Shown here: in pieces, positions 19,099-25,249 of the stretch
Position numbering within the stretch: the first letter of the stretch is position 1
Layout: each line of letters starts with the position of its first letter
Virus record (IMG/VR): IMGVR_UViG_3300045988_140494
Location: 1-26,368 of that record
From: a virus
Length of the DNA stretch: 26,368 bases
Strand: one strand, 5' to 3'
Notes under the pieces: model-generated
The model's input: the letters and a program-made list of their open reading frames with translations, nothing else
Told to the model about the DNA's origin: nothing
The model's database searches: none
Program-made: the position numbers and the translations under genes

Positions 19099-19321
19099 AG
19101 ATGCAAACAAGAAACTTCAGAATGTAGAAGAAAAAGTAGATAATATTTATGGTTTTTGTTCAAAATTAATTGATCGAAACTATAAAACAAGTAGAACGAT
19201 TATTACAGTATTGGTTTTAGTGATTATTGTTCTTTATTCTACTATTGTTTGTTGTGGTTATTGGAAAGATGATCATGTGAATAATTGTTCTTGCGAAGCT
19301 AATTCAAGCCAACGAATTTAA
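19088..19321 (+). CDS. Small membrane protein, coiled coil plus TM (XhlA-like architecture)
   Basis: N-terminal coiled coil followed by TM segment TIITVLVLVIIVLYSTIVCCGY. Overlaps the previous gene by 11 nt. Confidence 0.45.
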   Translation: MDIKDANKKLQNVEEKVDNIYGFCSKLIDRNYKTSRTIITVLVLVIIVLYSTIVCCGYWKDDHVNNCSCEANSSQRI

Positions 19322-19329
19322 TTAAGGCG

Positions 19330-19563
19330 GTGGTTTATATTAACAAAGCTAACAGATTAAAAGAAATACGTCCTAATGATGCATTAATACTTATCAAATC
19401 TGTTGGATTAAGAAAGAAATATGAACAGGTTTTGATTATGAGATACGTATATGACATGTCATGTACCGAAATTGCAGATGCATTACATATGGAAGTACAA
19501 ACCATAAGGAACAGAGTATGTAAAGCAAGAAAAATGTTCGATAAATATGTGAGCAACCTATAA
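19330..19563 (+). CDS. Sigma-70 region-4-like / YlxM-like HTH DNA-binding protein
   Basis: The pattern KKYEQVLIMRYVYDMSCTEIADALHMEVQTIRNRVCKARKMF matches region-4-type HTH. GTG start has a poor SD, so the start is uncertain. Confidence 0.6.
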   Translation: MVYINKANRLKEIRPNDALILIKSVGLRKKYEQVLIMRYVYDMSCTEIADALHMEVQTIRNRVCKARKMFDKYVSNL

Positions 19564-19582
19564 TGGTTGCTCATTTTATTTT
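19551..19582 (+). terminator. Intrinsic terminator after the HTH gene
   Basis: GAGCAACC (19551-19558) pairs with GGTTGCTC (19565-19572), followed by ATTTTATTTT. The stop codon sits in the loop. Confidence 0.75.
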
Positions 19583-19609
19583 GGGTATTTTATGAGTATT
19601 ATTCGAGTA

Positions 19610-19638
19610 TTAAATTATTTATTACGTAACCATATAAT
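19610..19638 (+). promoter_or_regulatory. Candidate promoter of the accessory cassette
   Basis: TTAAAT, 17-nt spacer, then a perfect TATAAT (19633-19638). The extended reading is CATATAAT. Confidence 0.4.
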
Positions 19639-19661
19639 TAAAGCGTAAAGAGGTGGTTAAA

Positions 19662-20102
19662 ATGTATAACAATTATAATCCAGCACAAGCACGAATTGAC
19701 AGTTTGATGCAGCAAAGACAAATGATAGATCAACAAATTCAGCAAGTACAACAGTATGCAAATATTCCACCTATCAACATTAATAATCAGATTACACCAC
19801 AACAACAAGGAAGTTTTGATTTTAATGGAAAATGGGTGAATAACGAACAGGAAGCTAGAAACTTTGCCAATGCAAACCTACCAACAATTTTATTTGATAA
19901 TAATAAATCTATTTTTTATATGAAATCTTTAGATGGATCATTTAAAAAATTTAAATTTGAAGAAATCACGGAAGATCCTTCTAACAGTATAGAAAATCGT
20001 GTAAATGGAATCGAAAAGAAATTAGATGATTTGATATGTGCATTAAGCAAACCACCAAAACAAGCTAATGAGCAACCAAAGAAAGGAGCACAAACAAAAT
20101 GA
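19662..20102 (+). CDS. Gln-rich N-terminus plus small globular C-terminal domain, unknown function
   Basis: SD AAAGAGGTGG lies 5 nt upstream of the ATG at 19662; the ORF-track GTG at 19653 falls inside the SD. The N-terminal ~50 aa are rich in Q. Confidence 0.7.
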   Translation: MYNNYNPAQARIDSLMQQRQMIDQQIQQVQQYANIPPININNQITPQQQGSFDFNGKWVNNEQEARNFANANLPTILFDNNKSIFYMKSLDGSFKKFKFEEITEDPSNSIENRVNGIEKKLDDLICALSKPPKQANEQPKKGAQTK

Positions 20103-20341
20103 ATCCTTTAAAAAGTATTATGGGAAATATGAATCCAATGAATATGATGAATATGGGAAATCCACAACAAATGTTAATGAATATGCTATCACAGAGAAAT
20201 CCACAAGCATTTCAACAATTTCAAATGCTTATGAATAGTGGCCAAAATCCACAAATGATTTTAAATCAGATGATGGGTAATTTAAATCCACAACAAAAGC
20301 AACAACTGCAACAAATGGCAAAACAGTTTGGAATCAGGTAA
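20099..20341 (+). CDS. 80-aa Met/Asn/Gln-rich protein built of NPQ/NPM repeats
   Basis: Start overlaps the upstream stop (ATGA). Five NP(Q/M)-initiated helical-looking repeats. No TM segment and no signal peptide. Confidence 0.7.
   Translation: MNPLKSIMGNMNPMNMMNMGNPQQMLMNMLSQRNPQAFQQFQMLMNSGQNPQMILNQMMGNLNPQQKQQLQQMAKQFGIR
20158..20293 (+). repeat. Four in-frame copies of AAATCCACAA (20158, 20197, 20245, 20284) underlying the NPQ repeats
   Basis: Read directly from the sequence. Spacings are 39, 48 and 39 nt. Confidence 0.9.
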
Positions 20342-20382
20342 CAACGGCTAAACCGTTATTATAGAAAGAAAGGAGAACATAT

Positions 20383-21006
20383 ATGATGGAAAACGGAATG
20401 GGAATTCAACCAACTTACAACTTAGCCGAAAGAAATGACGGCTTTGGAGACGGAGGAGGTTGGTGGATTTGGATCTTGCTAATCTTCGTGTTATTTGGAT
20501 ATGGAGGCTATGGCAATGGAAACCCAGTAAACGATTCTTTATTAAATGAAGAATTCATTAAACGAGATATTTTTAACACAAACACAAATGTATCTCAAAC
20601 AGGTTGTCAAACCCAACGTGATGTATTAGAAAGTCGCTATACGAATCAGTTAGGACTTCAAAGTTTGCAGGCTCAGCAACAAGAATGTTGCTGCAACACT
20701 CAACGAGCAATTGACAATGTAAATGCTCAAAGTTTCAAAAATACTTGTGACATTACAACAGCAATTCATTCAGAAGGTGAAGCAACACGTGCATTGATCA
20801 ATGCAAACACTATGCAAGAATTACGTGATCGTTTAGCTGATCGTGATCGTGAATTATTGACGGCTAATTTCCAATTAAGTCAACAGGCACAATCAGCAAA
20901 CATCATTAGTACTTTGCAACCAACACCAAAACCAGCTTACATTACATGTTCACCATATTACGCTTATAACAACGGATGTGGATGTAATGGCTACAACAAC
21001 TTATAA
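20383..21006 (+). CDS. Membrane-anchored Cys-rich coiled protein, unknown function
   Basis: SD AGGAGA upstream. Gly/Trp-flanked TM segment GGGWWIWILLIFVLFGYGGYG. Contains ECCCN, a Q-rich helical region and the C-terminal GCGCNGYNNL. Confidence 0.75.
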   Translation: MMENGMGIQPTYNLAERNDGFGDGGGWWIWILLIFVLFGYGGYGNGNPVNDSLLNEEFIKRDIFNTNTNVSQTGCQTQRDVLESRYTNQLGLQSLQAQQQECCCNTQRAIDNVNAQSFKNTCDITTAIHSEGEATRALINANTMQELRDRLADRDRELLTANFQLSQQAQSANIISTLQPTPKPAYITCSPYYAYNNGCGCNGYNNL

Positions 21007-21047
21007 TCTAGCACATATGTGATTAGGCAATTGCCTTTGGATTTAAC

Positions 21048-21075
21048 GGGATAGTCGAAAGGCTATCCCTGTTTT
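21048..21075 (+). terminator. Hairpin plus short T tract between the third and fourth cassette genes (attenuator or partial terminator)
   Basis: GGGATAG (21048-21054) pairs with CTATCCC (21063-21069), followed by TGTTTT. The palindrome AGGCAATTGCCT lies at 21025-21036. Confidence 0.5.
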
Positions 21076-21093
21076 AATAGGAGGATAAAAGAA

Positions 21094-21513
21094 ATGATTA
21101 ATAGTATTGCTACGGCTGTTCAGACAGTCGATAATTCAAATAATGTATTGTTTCCTACAGATCGTGTAAGAAGCAAATCATGCCAGTGTCCATGTAAAGG
21201 ATGGTTGGCACATGATCTAGGAAGTGGATTGTTTACACTAACAAAGCCAGGTATCTATGAAGTAACTTATACTGCGGATATTACGAGTGCAGCGGCAGGA
21301 CAAGCTTCTTTAGTGCTTGAACTAAATGGAGAAGTAATTGGAGGAACACAATCTATTTATACTGTTGCAACTGCAAGTGCGTATGGAAATGTAAATGGAG
21401 ACACTCTAATTCAAGTTCCATGTGGCGCATCTTATACAATTGCATTAGCAAATGACAGTGGTTTAGATCTATCTGTTCAAAATGCAAACATTATCATTAA
21501 AAAGATTGCGTAG
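21094..21513 (+). CDS. BclA C-terminal-domain-like (C1q/TNF-like jelly roll) protein with no collagen-like region
   Basis: GIYEVTYTADITS...LVLELNGEVIGGT...ANIIIKKIA parallels, from my memory, the Bacillus anthracis BclA C-terminal domain (GFYKITVIANT...IQVNGVPVPGT...ASIIIEKVA). Strong SD GGAGGA upstream. Confidence 0.7.
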   Translation: MINSIATAVQTVDNSNNVLFPTDRVRSKSCQCPCKGWLAHDLGSGLFTLTKPGIYEVTYTADITSAAAGQASLVLELNGEVIGGTQSIYTVATASAYGNVNGDTLIQVPCGASYTIALANDSGLDLSVQNANIIIKKIA

Positions 21514-21522
21514 GTGAAATAT

Positions 21523-21996
21523 ATGCATAAAGCAATGGAAGTTAATGAGAAGATAATGCATGAGTCAGTAAACATGTTAGAGAAATATGGATATGCAGAA
21601 TCTTATTTCCATGCATTATCTCAAGCTTTAGATAATATCAAAGACATTGAAACTATAGAAGCAATGAGAAATAAATATCAAATTGAGATAGGAAAAGATG
21701 GAGTTTCAACTGTAGCACGATTAAAAGAAGATAATGATGGATATAATATTCATGATCCAGAAACAGAAGATATTGTTTATAAGCTTGTAGAACATTTGAA
21801 AAAATATAAAGCGTTCAAAGAAGAATATAAGCGTACAAAAGGTGAGATGGATTTGGAAAAGTCTCATCGTGAATTAGATAAGACTATGAAATGTATGCAA
21901 CAAATCGTAACTATGATTCATGGATGCGTTGATTCAGATGAAGAAAAAACAATGATTAAGACACATATACGAGACATGTTTAATATGTATCAATAA
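21523..21996 (+). CDS. Helical protein, unknown function
   Basis: AGGTGA lies 5 nt upstream of the ATG at 21523; the ORF-track GTG at 21514 abuts the previous stop. Charged, helical-looking composition. Confidence 0.65.
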   Translation: MHKAMEVNEKIMHESVNMLEKYGYAESYFHALSQALDNIKDIETIEAMRNKYQIEIGKDGVSTVARLKEDNDGYNIHDPETEDIVYKLVEHLKKYKAFKEEYKRTKGEMDLEKSHRELDKTMKCMQQIVTMIHGCVDSDEEKTMIKTHIRDMFNMYQ

Positions 21997-22022
21997 GGCC
22001 GTTAAATACGGTCTTTTATTTT
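21995..22022 (+). terminator. Intrinsic terminator closing the accessory cassette
   Basis: AAGGCCGT (21995-22002) pairs with ACGGTCTT (22008-22015) with one G-U pair, followed by TTATTTT. Confidence 0.6.
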
Positions 22023-22036
22023 GTACAGTGTACAAA
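22018..22036. promoter_or_regulatory. 19-bp element ATTTTGTACAGTGTACAAA (palindrome 22020-22036), copy 2, upstream of the holin
   Basis: Identical to 88-106. TACTAT lies 9 nt downstream. TTGTAC, 19-nt spacer, TACTAT is a possible activator-dependent promoter. Confidence 0.55.
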
Positions 22037-22075
22037 CGATTTAAATACTATCATTAGGATAGGAGGTATTTGAAA

Positions 22076-22300
22076 ATGAAAAAATATAGTAAAGAATGGT
22101 GGATTCAATATGGCTATTACGCAAGTATCAGAGCATTAAAGACAATTGCTCAAACTGCTGTTGGTGTTATTGGAGCATCTGCATTATTGGAAGCCGTTGA
22201 TTGGCGAGTTGTAATTTCGTCAGCGCTTTTGTCAGGCGTTGTTTCGCTATTGACTAGTATTGGTGGATTACCTGAAATTAGTGTACCGGAGGATGAATAA
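22076..22300 (+). CDS. Holin (LL-H / phiLC3-type)
   Basis: IRALKTIAQTAVGVI...VDWRVV...LLTSIGGLPE is typical of LL-H-type holins. AGGAGG lies 9 nt upstream of the ATG at 22076. Confidence 0.8.
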   Translation: MKKYSKEWWIQYGYYASIRALKTIAQTAVGVIGASALLEAVDWRVVISSALLSGVVSLLTSIGGLPEISVPEDE

Positions 22301-22302
22301 AA

Positions 22303-22416
22303 ATGAATGATGAAGAAAAAGTAGTAGATTATGAGAATCTATCAGAAGAAGCAAAAGAAGAATTAAGCAATGGCAAGGAAGAAGGTGTAGATGAAGAATG
22401 TCATATTCCGGATTAG
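22303..22416 (+). CDS. 37-aa acidic peptide between holin and endolysin
   Basis: My own translation is MNDEEKVVDYENLSEEAKEELSNGKEEGVDEECHIPD. It starts 3 nt after the holin stop and overlaps the endolysin start by 19 nt. It is below the ORF-track length cutoff. Confidence 0.35.
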   Translation: MNDEEKVVDYENLSEEAKEELSNGKEEGVDEECHIPD

Positions 22417-23474
22417 CAACATATTGTAACAGAACATCACAACATTATGATGGTCGTTTTGGATATAAGGTTTGTAAAATCACTCCACACTACATGGCTG
22501 CGGCATGGAGTGGTAAACAATGTGCAGATTATTTTGCACGAAACACTCGTCAAGCATCTTCCAATTATTGTATTGGAATTAATGGAGACATTGCATGCAG
22601 TGTTGATGAAGAAAATGCTGCATGGACAAGTTCAAATTGGTTGAATGATTCTCAATCAATTACAATTGAATGTGGAAACATTAATAACGCAACTGGAGAA
22701 ATGACGCAAGCTACTTGGGATAGCTTGGTGAATCTATGTGTTGATATTTGTAAACGATATGGATTTAGATTGAACTATACAGGAAATTCTAGCGGATCAT
22801 TGACTATGCACAAAATGTTTGCGGCTACATCATGCCCTGGAGCATGGTTGGAAGCACGTATGCCACAATTGGCTAATGAAGTAAATGCAAAGTTAGATGG
22901 AAAGGTTGAAACACCAAAACCTACAACTCCAAGTGGAGAAAAATATTCAGTTAATTTACCTATCTGTACAAACACATTGAGTGTGAATTGCTACGGAACT
23001 TCTACAGTTAAAAAAGGTGATTGGTCAGGTGTCATTGGTAGAGTAATTAAAGGAACAAAATATCCATATCGTGTTGATCGTAATGGAGTAGCGATTGGAT
23101 GGACTAATGATGCTGGTATTGATACAGACCCCCATACACCAGTAGGCGCCACACAGTCTAGCGCAGAAGCTATCGACCAAATTTTGCATGAAGGTAGCTA
23201 TGTTACATCTGTACATATGAAAATTGGTAATCAAGGCTTGAAAAAGATTGGTGATGATTTATGTTGCTATCTATCAAAACTGGGTGGTTGGTTCCCAATT
23301 CGTATGGTAGATAAAGTACCTAATTCAGACGGATATAATGACAATGTATTGCATACCACAAATGCAGTAGTCTATGTATCTAGAATCAGAGTCGATGCAG
23401 TGAATGTTCAAAAGAATATTGTCAAGATTGGTGGCGTTTGGGTTGACCCAACACCATTAACAGAAATTGAATAA
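22398..23474 (+). CDS. Endolysin: N-acetylmuramoyl-L-alanine amidase (Amidase_2/PGRP fold) plus C-terminal SH3-like wall-binding region
   Basis: Motifs ITPHYMAA, ASSNYCIGINGDI...ENAAW, SQSITIEC and MHKMF..TSCPG align with PlyG/PlyL-type amidases. Position directly after the holin. Confidence 0.9.
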   Translation: MSYSGLATYCNRTSQHYDGRFGYKVCKITPHYMAAAWSGKQCADYFARNTRQASSNYCIGINGDIACSVDEENAAWTSSNWLNDSQSITIECGNINNATGEMTQATWDSLVNLCVDICKRYGFRLNYTGNSSGSLTMHKMFAATSCPGAWLEARMPQLANEVNAKLDGKVETPKPTTPSGEKYSVNLPICTNTLSVNCYGTSTVKKGDWSGVIGRVIKGTKYPYRVDRNGVAIGWTNDAGIDTDPHTPVGATQSSAEAIDQILHEGSYVTSVHMKIGNQGLKKIGDDLCCYLSKLGGWFPIRMVDKVPNSDGYNDNVLHTTNAVVYVSRIRVDAVNVQKNIVKIGGVWVDPTPLTEIE

Positions 23475-23496
23475 AATAAAAAAATTCAAAAAATGT

Positions 23497-23525
23497 TTGA
23501 CATAATATAGTTTATACTGTATTAT
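23497..23525 (+). promoter_or_regulatory. Near-consensus sigma-A-type promoter
   Basis: TTGACA (23497-23502), 17-nt spacer, TATTAT (23520-23525). Confidence 0.55.
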
Positions 23526-23531
23526 CTTTCT

Positions 23532-23698
23532 TGCGTGAAGCAGTGAGGTACATTTTGGGGTACAAAACAACAAAGTACTATCAAAACACGTAGATAATGA
23601 TGTAAATAACATCAAATATCAATTGATATGAGGTATTTATATAATCCCCTCATCTGCTCCATTGAAATTTAAGCCTTTATTTAAAGGCTTTTTTATTT
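23532..23698 (+). ncRNA. Candidate ~165-nt non-coding transcript (alternatively the attP region)
   Basis: Bounded by the promoter above and the terminator at 23671-23698. The longest plausible ORFs are 12-14 codons and lack good SDs. Hairpins ATGAGG/CCTCAT and palindrome ATATCAATTGATAT (23613-23626). Confidence 0.3.
23671..23698 (+). terminator. Intrinsic terminator
   Basis: AAGCCTTT (23671-23678) pairs with AAAGGCTT (23683-23690), followed by TTTTATTT. Confidence 0.75.
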
Positions 23699-23700
23699 GC

Positions 23701-23753
23701 CTTGGGGTATATTGGGGTATAATTTGATATTAAAATATTGAATTATACCCCTT
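23701..23753. repeat. TTGGGGTAYA repeats (candidate integrase arm-type sites) forming an 11-bp inverted repeat
   Basis: Direct copies at ~23702 and ~23713, an inverted copy AATTATACCCC at 23743-23753, and a further direct copy TTGGGGTACA at ~23553. GGGGTATAATT pairs with AATTATACCCC, followed by a T6 run. Confidence 0.45.
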
Positions 23754-23766
23754 TTTTGCATATTAT
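23738..23766 (+). promoter_or_regulatory. Candidate integrase promoter
   Basis: TTGAAT (23738-23743), 17-nt spacer, TATTAT (23761-23766), overlapping the inverted repeat. Confidence 0.35.
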
Positions 23767-23789
23767 GGACATATAAGAGGGCACAAAAA

Positions 23790-24887
23790 ATGGCAGTGGA
23801 ATTAGATAAGAAGACAGGAAAATATATGTTTGCCGGGAAAATATATAAAGATGGTAAATGTATAAAGAGATATCGTAAGCGTGGTTTTGATTCTAAATGG
23901 GAAGCACAAAAAGCTGAGGTTGAATTTAGGAAAGATTTCTTTATGCTTCCATCAGATATGAATTTTGATAGACTATATAAAGCTTTTAAAGAATATAATA
24001 AAAAATATGTAAAAGAATCAACACTAAAATCAGATGAATATTTGTACAATGTTCTTTCTAAGGAAATGAAAGATATTGATTTTCTAGATAAAAGGCAAAT
24101 GCAAAACTTGATCAACAAATTTGATGAGAAATATTCAAAAGCATACGTATCAAGAATATATTTCTTTTTAAATAAGCTATATAAATTTGGTGTTACTTCT
24201 GAATACATTCCAACCAATCCAATGACATATGTAAAACGTGATCTTAGATTGAATGAAAGAAAAGAAGAAATGACAATATGGCAGCAATATGATTTTGATT
24301 TATTCATTGAAGAAGTGGATGAACAAATGATGAAATGCTTTTATTCTGTTTTATTCTATATGGGATTACGAAAAGGTGAAGCCATGGCCCTACAATGGAA
24401 GGACATTGATTTTAGAAAACAAACTATAGACATCAACAAAACATATAGATACAAAGAGAAAGACCCTAATAAATGGCTTACACCACCAAAAACAAACAAT
24501 AGCTATAGAACTATCACAATGCCTAATACATTGTCTAAAATGCTTCGAGAATGGTTTATAGAATGTTCTAAATGGGATGATTTTACAAAAGATAAATTTG
24601 TGTTTGGATACTATAAACCAATATCACCTCAGACAGTACAAAGAAGATTTGATGATGCATATAATAAGGCAAAAGAAAAAGATGATGGATTGCCTAAAAT
24701 AAGAATTCATGATTTTAGACATTCACACGCATCATTTCTAATTAATAACATGGCAGGTGCTGGATTCTCAGATTTTGACATAGCCAAACGCTTAGGAGAT
24801 ACGGTTGAAACATTGCACAATACATATGCACACTGGTTTGATACAAAAGATAAGAGCATTGTAGATATGATGAATAAGTTGTTATAA
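23790..24887 (+). CDS. int: Tyrosine recombinase / phage integrase with N-terminal arm-binding-type domain
   Basis: Catalytic-region motifs GLRKGEAMAL, HDFRHSHASFLI and TYAHW. N-terminus GKYMFAGKIYKDGKCIKRYRKRGFDSKWEAQKAE is typical of arm-binding domains. SD AAGAGGG upstream. Confidence 0.92.
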   Translation: MAVELDKKTGKYMFAGKIYKDGKCIKRYRKRGFDSKWEAQKAEVEFRKDFFMLPSDMNFDRLYKAFKEYNKKYVKESTLKSDEYLYNVLSKEMKDIDFLDKRQMQNLINKFDEKYSKAYVSRIYFFLNKLYKFGVTSEYIPTNPMTYVKRDLRLNERKEEMTIWQQYDFDLFIEEVDEQMMKCFYSVLFYMGLRKGEAMALQWKDIDFRKQTIDINKTYRYKEKDPNKWLTPPKTNNSYRTITMPNTLSKMLREWFIECSKWDDFTKDKFVFGYYKPISPQTVQRRFDDAYNKAKEKDDGLPKIRIHDFRHSHASFLINNMAGAGFSDFDIAKRLGDTVETLHNTYAHWFDTKDKSIVDMMNKLL

Positions 24888-24943
24888 AAAGTGATATTAG
24901 ATTACACAATGTTACAAAAAAGTACAAAATAGGAGAAATTTGA

Positions 24944-24972
24944 TTGAAATTCACTAGCAAATAATGTAATAT
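24944..24972 (+). promoter_or_regulatory. Candidate promoter of the structured transcript
   Basis: TTGAAA (24944-24949), 17-nt spacer, TAATAT (24967-24972). Confidence 0.45.
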
Positions 24973-24978
24973 ACGGAT

Positions 24979-25249
24979 GAAGATAAGCTTGCTGCTCTAT
25001 CTTGTTTGTCACAGATTAGGTTCTGTTAAGCTATGATTAAGTATTGTGTTCCAGCATGCATAGTGCTTATAGCTTCCGTAGGGTTGTTTGTGTTCACCTC
25101 GAACTGGATAGGTCTATTGGCTGAAAGAAAACATTCTGATTGTGTATGTGAGGATAGAAAGATGGCTATCGCGCACGAAAGTGTCAAGGGTAGGAATGTA
25201 AATTCTGATGAGATGTGGGAACTATCGCCCCACCATATACACAAATTGT
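24979..25249 (+). ncRNA. Candidate structured RNA / long structured leader, family not recognised
   Basis: I count ~41% G+C over 25021-25250, against much more AT-rich flanks. Stop-free 72-codon ORFs lie on both strands at the same place. Several nested helices include a CAC-GAAA-GTG tetraloop hairpin. Promoter upstream and strong terminator downstream. Confidence 0.35.

Noticed and set aside
22447-23234. ORFs 22447-22644 (+), 22775-22975 (-) and 23025-23234 (-) inside the endolysin gene
   Set aside because: They are out-of-frame or antisense within the amidase gene, with no SD and an implausible composition.
23693-24307. 204-aa minus-strand ORF overlapping the integrase 5' half
   Set aside because: It is antisense to a gene with unmistakable tyrosine recombinase motifs. 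Its translation is Ser/Leu/Phe/Tyr-rich with no recognisable domain, and its start would fall inside int.
25215-25236. GTGGG...GCCCCACCA, which resembles a tRNA/tmRNA 3' end and hence a possible integration target remnant
   Set aside because: The loop lacks the TTCRA T-loop consensus. No acceptor or T-arm geometry is present, and there is no tmRNA 5' partner. I found no tRNA-like cloverleaf anywhere in the non-coding regions.
25204-25240. CTGATGAG followed by a hairpin, which suggested a hammerhead ribozyme core
   Set aside because: No GAAA core element follows stem II in the required position, and no stem I/III arrangement with a UH cleavage site could be drawn.
24979-25249. Known riboswitch or T-box leader upstream of the nuclease gene
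   Set aside because: I could not find the T-box sequence, the specifier/AG-bulge features, or the conserved cores of the TPP, SAM, FMN, cobalamin, lysine, glmS, c-di-GMP, c-di-AMP or ykkC classes. It is kept as an unclassified candidate instead.
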